A DNA stretch of 64,000 nucleotides from Podarcis cretensis (GCA_951804945.1 OX638153.1:51398001-51462000); one strand, 5' to 3'; positions 25,372 to 39,211 are shown, counted from the first letter of the stretch. The notes: generated by a model not told the origin, from the sequence alone. A program made the numbers and translations.

Positions 25372-28199
25372 GTATGGCATGTTTTCAAAACTTACCACTC
25401 ATGCATTGACTTCCTTGTCATATGAACAAAGATGGTCTTTCACCATTGATACATGGTTAAAGGATCACTGCATGATCACATTCTCATCCTGAATGCATAT
25501 GTGTGGCAAGGGGTGATAAAGGATTGGAAAGTTGCTGTTTATTCTTTTGCGATCTCTTAGCCAGGAATGGTCTCTTTAGCAGGCAGCTACAGAACTGTAG
25601 ATGTTGCTAGCCAATCTTGCCTGTGGAAGCAGAAGTCTTATTCCAAAGTGCTTTTGTCATTTCCGTGCACTTAAACTTCAGTGGGCTTCAGGGCAGGACA
25701 TAAGCAGACAAATATTCTTGCTTGGTAATAAGCAACACAGAAGCCAGGGATGCAATGAGTGATATTAATTTAGAGAACAAATGCGACCGTTTAAAAAAAT
25801 AAAACAAAACGAAGCGAGTGGAATGGTGCTGGAGCTATAGGCTGATGAGACACCCCAGCCCATCAGAATTAAATGCTGAATACAGAGAGAAAGAGACACA
25901 AAGACAGACAGGCAGGCAGGCAGAGAGATCACTGTTTTACAATGAGGGTGACGTAACAGTTTATCGCAGAGAAAGAAAAGGGGATTGAAATGTGTTAATT
26001 ACGTTCTTTTTGGGAATTTCTTTCTGGATTCTGGTACAGAAGGAGCAGATCCACATATTGAATGAGCCGAAGTTTGGTTTCAGGAAGCCATGATTATCTT
26101 GTGCCTAGGCCAGAGTCTGGAAGAGCACAAAAGATGCTGGCTAAGCATCCTTGATTACATGGATCATTCTTCCTACCATACAAATGAGATTAAACACAGC
26201 AACTAGCCCTATATCTTGCTTTGGAGATAGGTGACTCAGCTGCCAGTTCTCTGATAGCATCACCTGAATGAGTAAATTCAGGTTACTCTATAATCCAATT
26301 AAAAACAAGAGAAAAAAACCTAGATAATTACCTCTGTGACCCATTCAAGCCTGTGCTGGAACAACACAGACTTTTTACCTAATTGGGAATGGAATATCTT
26401 ACTATAATACGTTTCTATTTGGGGGTACCTTTTTGATGTTTCTCGCTCAAAGTGTCTCTGCTTTCTAATCTGATCTTCTTTTGGCCAATATTGTTTCCTT
26501 TTCCCTTCTCCTAATAGCATTTCTCCTGAGTGCTGAAGACATGGTGCTTTGGGGAGATGCAGAAAAGTCTGGGATTTGTCAATGATCTGCAGGGATCTTA
26601 GAAACTGCTCTGTTCTCTGTGCCTTTATATTATGAATCATTTCCATTCTGTGATCAAGTTATCTCAATACTGTGGAATAGCCTATATCTCATTTAACTTC
26701 CCCTATATTGCTTCGGAATGCCTTTATAATGTAGTGAAACTTTCTTATTGCCTCTAAATTTGCTGGATTGGAGGGAGGGTGCTAGATTTAGATGCCTTAA
26801 GCAGCTTATGCAAACAGCTTAATATTACTTCTGCTGAGTAGCCTCATTGTAACTGTTTCAACTATTCATGTACTCGATTTTATATAATTTACAGCTTTAT
26901 AACCTCTATATCATTTTTAATTTGCTGTCTATTTCGTATCATGGTTTCCACTGTTCTAAACAAATATTTACATTTTTTTGCCATTTGTCAGTTGTTTGAA
27001 ATTAAATTTCAAATTAAGTTTCTTTCGGCATGGTTCTGCCCATTGGTCATTCTCCATATGCTGACTGGAGTGAGCATATGTATGAATTTTGGACCTGTTT
27101 TTCAGAATGTTGCTACAAGCTGTTATCTGCCTGCTATTTAGGGAGCAGCAACTAACATTTGGCAGATAACAGCTTGCACACCCTCCACAGTCCTATGCTT
27201 TTTCAGCTGGGTGTATAAAACCTACAGAAAACATTTGATAGCACTTGAGGAATGTGTCTGTAGTAGGAGACTGAGCTGGGTGTGTCTGTACCAAAGTTGC
27301 AAAATGAAAGTCTTGGTGGCCACATGCTTGCAACCTCAAACAATTTGTATGATTTTGAGATTACCTTGCAGCACTACTGCTTGGCTTTTATTAATTAGCC
27401 AAGTAAAATATTCCCAGCAAAATGTGCTGAATGTACAAATATTTACATTTACATTTGCAAATATACATTCCATCCAATGTATTTGCTGCATCTGGAAAGC
27501 TGAGCAGAACTGAAATGTATTAACAGAGCATTTAGCCTTTTTTTGGGAATACCATTCAAGCATTTCACCTTTCAGGAGAAGTTAGGGTTTCATCAATCAT
27601 TGTAGCTTCATATATTCAAATCAAAAATGTATATGATTCCTGCATCGTTTGATATGACCACTGCGGGGCTGGCCCTCCCGTTAGGCAAAGTAAAACAACT
27701 GCCTCAGGAGGCAGATGCTGGGGAGCCATCCTTTGGCTGTTCCATCTTTGGAGCACAGAGCTGTGTGTGCCACAGGGCCTGTCCTGCACCCTCAGACTAA
27801 CCTGTTGTTCTCCACGGCAGAGAGGATGCTATCCAATCCACCATAGTGAAGAAAAGTTCGACTGTCTGTCAAGTTGGCTCCTGTTCATGAAATGGCAGGA
27901 AGGCGCCATCTTGTCCTTCACCTCAGACAGCAAAATGTTTGGGGTTGGCTCTGGATGGCTTGTTTGAGATCTGATTCTGGCTTGCATATGCTGATCTTAG
28001 TGTGTGGGAGACAGACAGAAGATGAAGGAAAATTGCCTTTTCAATGGAGCAGGTCTGATTGTTTAAACTTTGCAGGCCTTTAGACCTCCTTGCCTTTTAC
28101 TTTTGTGTCTCTTTCATGCATGCTATAATTGTTCTTGAGCTTGCCTAATGGAACATGGAAGAAACACATGGCTTTGTCACCCGGAAGTGCTTATAATGA

Positions 28200-28541
<342 letters not shown>

Positions 28542-29483
28542 TAAGACCAAAGGTCTATCTTGTTCAAAATCCCAGATCCCTATGGGAAGCCCCCAAGCAG
28601 GACATGACTTTGGGTTGTACTGTCTGCTCCCCTATTTACTTTCAATTGATGAATTACTGTAAGACTTATTTTACATGCATGGTGTTAGTTGCTTAGTTTG
28701 TTGCATTTGCATTGCTCCCATGCTCCCAAAGGACTAACATCAAAGACTAGGATCAACATTCACCATTGCTGCTGCTGATAAGTGTTAATGTGATGAAGTT
28801 GCTATTATTGGCAGCAGTGTGGGAGAGATTCTGTGACTGGTGGTTCTTGCAGAGCAGGCATTTGGAAAAAGGAACGGCACAGGAGGGAGCATCCTGGAGC
28901 TCTGCCAGTTGGAGAGGTTCATAATGGGTAATGGGAAGCTGCCACAGGGGGCAGAGCAGATGCAGCCTTGGACTATTCCCTTAGGATATGGGTGAGTGAA
29001 GGTGTGCCTGGATTGGAGAAGTGCATGACTGGTATGAAGATCTGCTGGGACTATAGGTTTGCCATTTCCAGGAGCTCAGCTGCCCACCTCCAGTGCCTGC
29101 TATTAACATCTGCACTGCAGAAAGTACCTACTCTGTGAATGTTTCAGAGTGCAAGCAAGGGAAAACCCAATGCTGTTCCCTTTCTGCTGTTAGTATTATG
29201 GCTATATAACAGGTCTTAAAGTTTGGGAATGTCCCCACTATTCCCGTTTTGTGGGATTAAGGCAATTTCACCAAGTAATTCCTTCACTGGTTGGTGAAGC
29301 CTGAAACATATATAATTTTGTATCTATTCAGAAACCTTAGGATTTGGGGCTCACAATTATTTACTACAATGAACTATTCCAATCTATATTTCAATGCCAA
29401 GTTTCTGTCCTTTCTTAGATATTTTACCAGTAGGCAACATCTCCTGTTTACTCTCCATTAAACCACCTGACTCCTATTTCCAG

Positions 29484-29663
29484 TGCTACAAGTCTTCCAA
29501 GGACCAAAATCCCCAGCTGGATGTTAATTTGTTGGGGTGCAGCGTCATCCACAAGGAAAAGAATGTGAGGAAGCAGGAACATAAGCTGAAGATCATCCCC
29601 ATGAACTCAGATGTCATTGTGCTGGGCTTGCAGAGTAAAGACCAGGCAGAGCAGTGGCTCAGG
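29484..29663 (+). CDS. AFAP1L2: AFAP1L2 exon 7 (PH domain 1)
   Basis: tccag|TGC...AGG|gtgagt, 180 nt. Encodes CYKSSKDQNPQLDVNLLG...LGLQSKDQAEQWLR. Confidence 0.97.
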
Positions 29664-30663
29664 GTGAGTGGACCAATCTCTCTTGACAACCTCTGCCATT
29701 GTCCCCAGGCTGTGTGGATTTAATGTGCCCACAGTCATACCATGCTAGCACAGAAGTCAAGATCTGGCCCAGAATTTAACTACTTGAGATTTCGAGACCC
29801 TGCTGAGCTGCTGCTGTTCAGAGCAGAGAGTATTGAACTCAGTGGGCAAAGAGCCTGACTGACCTGGAACAAGGCAGCTTCCTAGGTTTCTGTCTACACA
29901 GGATTATGCTAAAGGATATTTCTCAGGATGTCATGGTGTTGCTCCCATCTCTAGGTTACATCCAAATGCAGCTCTTCCACAAGCGCCTTTATTCTGAGAA
30001 GGATCCTTTCCGTTTGAGCACAACTGAGAAAATCCCTTTTCCCCTTTGCACGTAGGAGGGGGAAGGGGAACTTTCTAACCCAACCCTTCCAGCAGTAATG
30101 AAGGGAGTCTTTCTTCAGTAATTAAGAGCTCAACTCCTTCCTCAGATGGAACTCCATTATAGAAAAGAGAAGAAGTGCCCAACCTCCTTTTGATTATTTT
30201 CTGGGACTTCATCTATGCTTACCAAATTTTACAATAGTAAAATGCGAAAGCTTTGTCAACTCACTTACAAGAAGGGTCTGTCATTATTTCTAGTGAATAT
30301 AATCTTTACTGCATTGAAAAAGTCCCTGAGATGCACTCCCCTTTGTTCTTCCTCTACTACACCCGAATTACACTCAGATGGAATACTGGCCTGATACTCT
30401 AACAGCTCTTTGATCCACAGAAATCAGCTAGGGTCAGTGCAGAATTTTCTAGCATGGAGGTTTCAAGCATTATCATCTGCTAGTATTTTGCAGATAAAGT
30501 TGATATTAAAGGAACATGGAGGGGAAATTGTTTTAAAAAGTTGCCAACTCTACATGGCACATGTGGCATTTCTGCACTGCTGCTTCAGAATCCAGCCTGA
30601 ATTTGCTTGGAATAGTGTTTGATCTGGGCATGCATATTATTTACTTTTGTGCCTTCTTTATAC

Positions 30664-30802
30664 CAGGGATGGGGAACTTGTGCTTCAGTAGATGTTTCTG
30701 GACTGCAGCTTCCATCATCCCTGCCCATTGGCCATGTTGGCTGGGCCAGATGGGAGCAGGGAACCCAATAACCTGTGATGGGCCAGAGGTTCTCCATCCC
30801 TG
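30664..30802. mobile_element. hAT-type palindromic MITE
   Basis: CAGGGATGGGGAAC...GTTCTCCATCCCTG ends, near-TSD CTTTATAC/GTTTATAT. Confidence 0.8.
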
Positions 30803-30998
30803 GTTTATATGGTCATTCGAAGCTACTCTCTCAACCAGAGCTTTTGAGGGACCTCTGCTTCTTTGCATGTTAACGAGAGAGGCTTTCTATGAACTGAGCT
30901 GTGTGTCAGTTAAATGCAGAATGTATACTGTAGAACAGAAAGATATAAATGGCTGCAGGATGAGGTCTTGCTCACAGCTTCTCTCTCTCCCACCATAG

Positions 30999-31088
30999 GT
31001 GATCCAGGAGACAAGCGGTCTCTATCCAGATGGGCAAGGGGAAGGCAACCAGTATGTCCCAGACTCCCAGAGACTTAGCTATCCCAAG
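30999..31088 (+). CDS. AFAP1L2: AFAP1L2 exon 8
   Basis: catag|GTG...AAG|gtatgt, 90 nt. Encodes VIQETSGLYPDGQGEGNQYVPDSQRLSYPK. Confidence 0.93.
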
Positions 31089-31097
31089 GTATGTTTT

Positions 31098-31345
31098 GCT
31101 GTTGTTTAGTCATTTAGTCGTGTCTGACTCTTCGTGACCCCATGGACCAGAGCATGCCAGGCACTCCTGTCTTCCACTGCCTCCCACAGTTTGGTCAAAC
31201 TCATGCTGGTAGCTTCGAGAACACTGTCCAACCATCTCGTTTTCTGTTGTCCCCTTCTCCTTGTGCCCTCCATCTTTCCCAACATCAGGGTCTTTTCCAG
31301 GGAGTCTTCTCTTTTCATGAGGTGGCCAAAGTACTGGAGCCTCAG
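31098..31345 (-). mobile_element. 5'-truncated RTE/BovB LINE 3' end
   Basis: The - strand encodes YFGHLMKREDSLEKTLMLGKMEGTRRRG...WLD...VHGVTKSQTRLND with a (CAA)-type tail; flanked by the duplication AGGTATGTTTT. Confidence 0.93.
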
Positions 31346-32448
31346 GTATGTTTTATCTCTTAACAAAAGTGATGTTCAAAGAGCAGCTTAAATTTTTTCC
31401 TGTTGCGTCAAATTATTTTAAGTTTTAAAAAAATACTTCTGATTAATATACAGGAAGTTACTCCCACCATCAAAACAGGAATGTGGTTGAAACTTACACT
31501 TGAAGAAAACCCAACAAACCACTTGTTTTCTGATTAAAGCACAACTGGCTCAGTGTCAAGCCATTTTTGCATTATTTTAACATCTTTAGCAATTCTTTTA
31601 ATAGCTACTCTCCCCCCCCGCCAAAGTTTGTTTCAAACATAAATCTAATTCTAGGAAGCTTATAGATTTAATCCTGGCCAAATCCAAATGAAAGTATTAT
31701 TTAAATAAGGCTAGAATTTTAGATATCCCTAAAGCATCTGGTGAAACGAGAACTTCTTTGTAGACTGACTGTTCCAGAGTTTCAAGCTCTAATGATATAC
31801 TGAGCGCAAAATTAAAGTCATCAAGCACTGGACCTGATCCAGATAAATTAGGGGTGGGGAAATTGTGACATAAGAAGAGCCTGCTGAACAGGCCAATGGC
31901 TCACCTAGTCCAGCATTCTGTTTCTCACAGCTTGCCACAATGTAAATGAACATGTGCTGATGATGTACAACTGAGGCAGGAGCTATAGATGCGAACGTAA
32001 ACCACAAAGAAACATTCACAGCTAGAAAGCTTCACAGTATATGGCAATGAGGACGGAAAATAAAACCCTCGTGTATAATTTTATTTTTTGAGTTGGCACA
32101 AATATGGTTGCCTGAATTTACTTCAAAAAGCTTTAAAGAAAACACCAGGAGCCATTATGAATAAGGAAGACTGTGTCCAACCAGAGCAACTACACACAGC
32201 AGAACAAAGGGGTTTTCCCAAGAGCTAGAGGAGCCTTTATAGCATCCATCTTTATGGGCCAAATGTTGTTCCCTGTGGAATAATCTTAGTTTGTGAATGG
32301 GTCTTCATTTCCTCAGCTATGGATATGTGCCCCTAATATTCACGAATGCAAAGGCGTTTTCTCATCGGAGAGAGCAGCATTTCAGCCATTACTATGCTGC
32401 TGTTCTATCACTGGTGCTGTGGACCTCATCGCTGCTTCTTGTCTGCAG

Positions 32449-32533
32449 GTGGAGACGTCTGAGAGGTACTCAGTCGCATCAGAAAGCGGAAGCAGCACTG
32501 ATGGTCACACAGAACTGACAGAAACCAAAGATG
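32449..32533 (+). CDS. AFAP1L2: AFAP1L2 exon 9
   Basis: tgcag|GTG...GATG|gtaata, 85 nt. Encodes VETSERYSVASESGSSTDGHTELTETKD. Confidence 0.93.
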
Positions 32534-33086
32534 GTAATAGCCGTTCAAAAAAGATAACGTGGTTGTCGAGTGAAAAGAAGATGGAATAGTGCACTTGCCT
32601 TTGATAAGTCAAACTGAGCTTGCCGGTTGCCTGGTTGTTACTGAATTGACTAGAGCCTTCCTACACATGACATATGAATGGCCCCCACCTGTCCCATCCA
32701 TAAACGACATATTATATGGTTGTAGCTTAATAGCCTGCTGCGTTCGTACCTCTATTCATGGAGAGCCAGGAATCTCCAGGGACTGAAACGAGAACAGCAT
32801 TACGGTACTCTGCCCCTTTTTTGTTTCCACCAGTAGTTGCAGAAGGGAGTTAATGCCTGGCTCATTAAAGTAACACATTTATTCATAACTGATGTGGGTC
32901 ATGTAAGTGTACATTATTAATGCTGCCGCTTATATGAGTCTCTTCTTAAATTGCACCAAGCGAGATTCCGCACACAAACATCAGATGCAAATTGTGTGTA
33001 ATGTGTCTCCTGGCCATTGCATTAGATATTCAGAAGTACAGCTTTGTATATGGCTTGTTTATTCCTTCTTATTTATTTATTTATAG

Positions 33087-33191
33087 TTAAGAAGAAGGGC
33101 ACTTCTGGTTTAAAACTGAGCAACCTGATGAACCTTGGGAGGAAGAAATCTGCCACGCTGGACAGTCCAGAAAGGTCTTTGGATACATGTA
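33087..33191 (+). CDS. AFAP1L2: AFAP1L2 exon 10
   Basis: tatag|TT...TGTA|gtaagc, 105 nt. Encodes VKKKGTSGLKLSNLMNLGRKKSATLDSPERSLDTC. Confidence 0.95.
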
Positions 33192-33314
33192 GTAAGCTAT
33201 CCAAACAAAGCCTTGTGAAACATTTACATTTCATTTGGGTCTCTGCGACTAGCAGGAAAGACCAGCGTAGAGGGTGACCTAGATGTCACTAAGGGAGAGT
33301 CTCCTTCTTTGCAG

Positions 33315-33526
33315 CGTACCTGAATGTCCTTGTGAATAGCCAGTGGAGATCTCGGTGGTGTCATGTGAAAGATGGGCAGCTCCATTTCTACCAGGACAAG
33401 AACAGAAATAAAACTGCTCAGCAGCCTCTCAACCTGACAGGCTGTGAAATTATCCCAGACCCAACTCCTGATCATCTCTACTCATTCCGTATCCTGCATA
33501 ATGGAGAGGAACAGGCCATGTTAGAG
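33315..33526 (+). CDS. AFAP1L2: AFAP1L2 exon 11 (PH domain 2)
   Basis: tgcag|CG...GAG|gtatgg, 212 nt. Encodes YLNVLVNSQWRSRWCHVKDGQLHFYQD...YSFRILHNGEEQAMLE. Confidence 0.97.
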
Positions 33527-35101
33527 GTATGGGTTGCCAATTTCTCTAGAAGTAGGAGTGACATTCGTTTATGAGCAACACAGCTACTCATTGCAACTTA
33601 TTGTAGTGCACACAATTGAATGGTTCAGTCTAGCGAACATAGCTATTGGTGTAGATTTATTTTCTCTTATGTACATAGCCTGTTTGGGGTAATCTGCCAC
33701 ATTCCTGAAGCTGATTTCATTGAGGAGTGTGGAAATATAAGAGAGAGACCTTCCTGTCCCCAATAAGTAAATGTATTGATTTTCTTCACTTTTATTAAAA
33801 AAAAAACCCCATGAAAATTGCTTGTAGACTTCATTCAACACTTCTCCTTACAGCATTATAACCTGCTTTACATGTCATGCTAAGCCAAGGCTTACTGCAG
33901 GCTGCTTGTATATGTTGTCATAAACCATGGTTTAGTGTGACACCTGAATGCAGCCAGTCTGAACAAAATGCTATGCAAAAAGATGTTAAACAGCTAACCA
34001 GGCAGCTTATTTTTATTAAATGAATAGACGTCTATTCTGCTTTTCCATCCAAAGAAACACTCAAGGCAGGAAAGCAGCATTTATTAGTCAGAATAGTAAG
34101 TGAATACTGAATCCCCACCCTGCCCTCTGATTGGAATATTGTACACCTGAAATGTTTTCTGAAATAAGCAGCCAGCTGGATTCAGTATGGGTTGATAAGA
34201 GTAGTTGGTTTTCACCACTGAAAAGAAAGACAAGACTGGTGAAAACAAACACACACAGTGTAACTTTCTTTGGAGCTACCTCCAGTCACCTCAGCTGACA
34301 AGCTGCCTTGGGGGAAAAGAGCAAGCCACTCCTATCCGTAACTTTCACTTGACTTGGATCAGAGTTGTTTTCCTTCTCTGTTTACCTCTAATCTTAGATT
34401 CTCTGACATCAGCACCCTTAGAGTGGGAGAAGGGAAATGTGACACATTTCCTGCATTTTGTAGTGGGAGGAATACTTGCTACCAACAACAGGCTCACTTG
34501 CCAGCGACTGCCAGAGGCTCTGGATGTTGTTTTGTTTAGCACTTAAGATTGCTGAGGTTGATGGAACAAAATAAGAAAGGCTTCAAAAAGTTACTCAGAT
34601 TATCTCAATTTGTGAAGCTAAAGTGCATGTTAGACTCAGCATTTTAGTTAAGGCCAGTTGGAGGTTATAAATAATTTTTCGTGGGTCTTTCAGGGTGATT
34701 GCAGGGTGCTTTCACCATTCATGATGAAAGTTTTAATCATAATTGCTTCTGAGCCAGTTTGGTAGAGGAACTTTAGGAAGGTAAACTGGTGCCCTCTTCT
34801 GGCTTTGTGTGTTTATAATTTTTTATGTGTGTGTGTATATGTATATGTATTTGCCTACACACACACAATCATTTTTTTTAAGACTGTTGAAGATGTTTTT
34901 AGATATTACGATGCATAGAATTTTATTTATTTACTCACATTTCTATCCTGCTCTTCTTTCTCAAGGAGCCCAGGGTGGCACATCCTAAATTGATTTTTCT
35001 TTCCCTTATTTCTGCTTACTCTGATGAAAGCAACTTAGGCTTCTTGTAGTAAGTTTGGCCTATATCCTTAATGATTGTTTTTTTCTTTGGTGGTTTAACA
35101 G

Positions 35102-35247
35102 GCCAAGTCTTGTGATGAAATGGGCCACTGGCTTGGTCTCCTTTTGTCAGAATCTGGCTCAAAAACAGACCCTGAAGAGCTGACCTATGATTATGTCGAT
35201 GCTGACAGGGTCTCCTGCATCGTCAGTGCAGCAAAGAATTCATTACT
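35102..35247 (+). CDS. AFAP1L2: AFAP1L2 exon 12
   Basis: aacag|GCC...CT|gtaagt, 146 nt. Encodes AKSCDEMGHWLGLLLSESGSKTDPEELTYDYVDADRVSCIVSAAKNSL. Confidence 0.96.
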
Positions 35248-35966
35248 GTAAGTTTCTATGGTAGCATATTTGACATTCTGACCTGTCTTCTGATGGATGA
35301 TTTCTAGTAGTTCCTACCAAACAAGTAGCTTTTATCCGAAAAGTATGTAATGAACAGTTTTGATGAGGTTACAATTGCTAGCGGAAAAAAGCAGGAAAGG
35401 GTTCTGATATGTAAATACCCACCATGTTTGCATTCAAATGAAGTATCCACTCATGAGATGGTTGTTGTAAAATATTGCATTGATGGTGACTAGCTCTGGT
35501 AATTGTGTGCAGTCTATCAATCTCTGTTTTTCTTTGAACTCCTAGCTGAATGTTTAAGACATGCAGCACACACACAATGTTGCTTATGGCTTGATGAAAC
35601 CTATGCCTTGTCCTGTGTTAGAGAATGAGTATATTCCAGGCATTTAACATATTCAGTCCCAAACAAAAGGGGAGGTTACACTGTGGTTAGTGGCTTCTTC
35701 ACATTGCAGACCTGTGGGTGCTGGAGACAAGATAGTAGGCAGGAGCAACAGGTGCCTTGCAACATCCAGTGGATGGCAATCAACTAACTTTTACTCAGAG
35801 TAGACCCATTGAAATTAATGGATTTGCTCTGAGTAAATGTTAGTTGACTACTACCCAAAGTAACTGGCATATTAGGAAGTCTTATGGGAGTATAGACTAA
35901 TATCACATCATCGTCTCGTGTAGCTTTTACTTCTTTTGATAGCACATCTGCTTCTATCTTTTCCAG

Positions 35967-36081
35967 CTTAATGCAGAGGAAGTACTCTGAGCCGAACACT
36001 TACATTGACAACTTGCCAAAGGGGAAGGAGGGACTAGAGGAGCTCTATGATGATGTAGATGTTCCAGAGGCAACAACAATG
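35967..36081 (+). CDS. AFAP1L2: AFAP1L2 exon 13
   Basis: tccag|C...ATG|gtgagg, 115 nt. Encodes LMQRKYSEPNTYIDNLPKGKEGLEELYDDVDVPEATTM. Confidence 0.95.
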
Positions 36082-36351
36082 GTGAGGGTTTTGTTTTGTT
36101 GCAATTACAGCTCATGTTGATGGGGGGGGGACGGGACCATTTTGTTTTCCATTGGCTGCAGTTTGTATTGATAATGCCAGAAATAACAAGTGATCCCAAT
36201 TGCAAGGTGTCTGCAATTTGCCTTGTTTCAGGTCTGTACTGTTCTTTAACTGTATGTAATGTTTAAAGAATTTCATGCTGGCCTCTCTTGTTCTAAACAG
36301 AGTGGCATTTCTTGGGCGCTCTTCTAAGAAGATGCTTTTTATCTTTGACAG

Positions 36352-36591
36352 GAGGAAGTGCCCCAAAATGAAGGCAAAGATGAGGGGGATCAGGACAGAG
36401 TCTATCTAGACCTCACGCCAGTCAAATCCTTCCTTCATTGTGCTACCAAGAAGCAGGACCAGTTTTCCCCATCCGTTTCTCCATCATTGCAAAGAGCTTC
36501 CAGTAAGAGCTCAGCGGACTCTGAGAGAGACTCCTCCATCTTGCATAAAGAAGCAGATTTGAGTAGAAGATCACTGGAGATTCCAGACCCG
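36352..36591 (+). CDS. AFAP1L2: AFAP1L2 exon 14
   Basis: gacag|GAG...CCG|gtaatg, 240 nt. Contains DRVYLDLTPVKSFLH. Confidence 0.9.
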
Positions 36592-36978
36592 GTAATGCTC
36601 AAAACCAAATCCGAGATATCAAGGAGGGGCCATAGCTCAGTGGTAGAGCATCACATGCAGATGACCGCAGGTTCAATCCCCACCATCTCTAGCTAAAGGC
36701 CTCAGGTGTACGAGAGGCACTGCCAGTCAGGCCAGATGCTAGGGAAGTTTTTAATGTTTGATATTTTACTGTTTGATGTTTTAATTTGTTGGAAACTGCC
36801 CAAAGTAGGTGGGGCAATGCAGTCAGATTGGTGGCATATAATTTTTATGATTTATTCTATAACTAGACAAAACTTAGCATTGAGCAGCTTGCTGGGATCA
36901 TAAATGGACAGCCAGCTTCTGCTAGCCTTCTGTTGCTTAACCTCTGAAACCTTCTCTCTCATCCGACATCCCTAACAG

Positions 36979-37147
36979 AGGACTCAAGACATTGATGAGC
37001 CGCTCCCACCACGAACAACAACCATCAAAATTCAGGCACAACAGCAGCAAATTGCCTTTCCTCAGAGTGGCCCTGAGATTAAGGACACCACCACAATTAT
37101 GATTGCATCCAAAGAGAAAATGGAACGCTCCAAGGTGGTGAATTCAG
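36979..37147 (+). CDS. AFAP1L2: AFAP1L2 exon 15
   Basis: aacag|AGG...TCAG|gtgtgt, 169 nt. Contains RTTTIKIQAQQQQIAFPQS. Confidence 0.85.
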
Positions 37148-37350
37148 GTGTGTTTGCTGTCTGCAGTAATCTCTCTTTACCCAACAGCTTCATGACGGAG
37201 ACTTATGGTAGAGGCAGTGGCTGCTATCATTAGCTTTTCAGCCCATGTTTAAAACATGGCGCTAGTGTATTTAGCTGCTGGTTTAAAGGGAAAGTTCTTG
37301 GAATTTCAGTCTCTGTCCCTGAGCTTAATTTCTTCATCTTTTATTTGTAG

Positions 37351-37515
37351 CAGCTGTAGAAACCAAACTCGGCAAGAACAGGACTGAGGCTGAAGTGAAG
37401 CGATACTCGGAAGAAAGAGATCGCTTGGAGAGGGAAAAAGAAGAAATCCGCTCTCAGCTGGCACAGCTACGGAAAGACAGAAGGGAGCTGAAAGAGATGC
37501 TGATAAGCTGCACAG
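37351..37515 (+). CDS. AFAP1L2: AFAP1L2 exon 16 (coiled coil); tandem NAGNAG acceptor, alternative start at 37354
   Basis: tgtag|cag| acceptor, ACAG|gtaaac donor. Encodes AVETKLGKNRTEAEVKRYSEERDRLEREKEEIRSQLAQLRKDRRELKE. Confidence 0.93.
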
Positions 37516-37774
37516 GTAAACAAATGCCTCTCATTTCCACTTCATTTTCAGAGATCAGTGGAACGGGGCATATTGTTTTGGTCTCATGTGCTCCATTGAC
37601 ATGTAATCTGCTCTGAAAAGCCTCCACTTTAGGTGCGGGGGGAGGGCTAGTTCAGCAGCCACCCTCTTGTCTGCCACCATCATCTGAGGAGACAGACAGA
37701 CAGGCAATAGGGAAGAGTACACACTGCCCATCTACTGTTGGATTTCCACTTGCATGTGCTTCTTTCCTCGGCAG

Positions 37775-37968
37775 ACAAGAGCCTTTTGCCCACACTGGAG
37801 CAAAAACTGAAGGAAATAGAGGAGGAGTGCAAAAGGAAAGAAGATCAGCGCGTGGACTTGGAGCTGAGCCTCGTGGAGGTGAAGGAGAATCTCCGGAAAG
37901 CAGAGTCTGGGCCTGTAACACTTGGCACTGCGGTGGACACCACGCACCTGGAGAACGCAAGCCCTAAA
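37775..37968 (+). CDS. AFAP1L2: AFAP1L2 exon 17 (coiled coil)
   Basis: ggcag|AC...AAA|gtacgt, 194 nt. Encodes [19 protein letters not shown]...[20 protein letters not shown]. Confidence 0.95.
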
Positions 37969-38930
37969 GTACGTAGGGGGCTGTTTATAATCAGCATTGT
38001 TAGCAGAGTCGTTTTCAGCAAAGCGAAGTAGCTGAAGCCAGCAGCTGGTTCAAACTACGCATGATGCAGAAGATCCATGATTGCATTTTTTGATGTGTTT
38101 TGTAAAGCTCAAAAGGCAATTTGGTGGGTGGGCAGGGGGCTCAAAATAGCAGCACTGAGGAAGGAGGGGCTTAATGCTTTTCTCCCACACTATTTTCCTA
38201 GCCAGAATTGCACATGACCACCCTTGGAGGCTGGTAATAGCTATATGGATGCCTGTGTCTCCCAACAGCTAGGCCTAAATAGCATGTGAGGTTGACTGAT
38301 ACCTCAGTCATGATACCCCAAGGAGCCATACTGTCACGGAACCATAGATCCAATCACAGCACGTATGAGGAACGTTGTTCAGTTTGAGGAATACAGCTAG
38401 ACTTACAGACTGCCACATAGCTATGAGTTTTATGCGTTGCCATCAGGAGCAGCTGCCGAGCCCATCTCCTGCCACTCGTGTCACTGCCATGTCCTGGGAC
38501 AGTCTTTGGGTGGAGCCAATTGTCAGCGCAGTCAGGGCTATGTGGGTTCCACTTGGTGGGTGTACCAGATTGCCTTTGCCAAAGCACCCCATGGAGCTCT
38601 GACCTTGCCACTGCTCTGCCCCACCTTGTCCTGATATGCCGCAGTGCTGGAGTTGAGAGGGTGGCTTATAAATGTAGGACCTCATTGGCCCTTCCTGATA
38701 ACAACAGATAAAGCAACATAATTAAAACCAAAAGCATAAAGTCGATAAACAGCGCCCAGAGGTAGATCTAACAAGCCATTAATAAACAGCACTTTTAATC
38801 CTGATGCTTTGTGATGATGGAATATGAGATCTTTAATGTTCGGCAAGAAGGGCTCTCTGACCTGTGCCTGATGAACTATTTTAGACAATTGTGTATGACC
38901 ACAGCTATTATCTTGCCCCCATAAACACAG

Positions 38931-39053
38931 ATGAAGGTTGCCAACCCTATGAATGGCACAGAAAACTCGCCTGTCAATTCAGCAATGGCACTAAAAAACC
39001 GGCCTTTATCTGTCATGGTCACAGGGAAAGGAACAGTTCTACAGAAAGCTAAG
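38931..39053 (+). CDS. AFAP1L2: AFAP1L2 exon 18
   Basis: cacag|ATG...AAG|gtaaga, 123 nt. Encodes ...PVNSAMALKNRPLSVMVTGKGTVLQKAK. Confidence 0.96.
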
Positions 39054-39211
39054 GTAAGACATGTAGCAAGAATGCCTGTAGTGCTTATTATGGCAATAAT
39101 AATTTGCCCGTGGCCGATGACATATTTAAAACTATTGGGGTTTTGGAAAGAAATATATAAATATAAGGATAAGCCTTCAAGTGGGCCTATTTTTCCATTT
39201 TTGTTTTGCAG

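Noticed and set aside
36623-36690. tRNA gene (A/B boxes; also at about 7918, 17560-17616 and 18250-18312)
   Set aside because: The cloverleafs are degenerate and continue into SINE bodies, so these are SINE heads.
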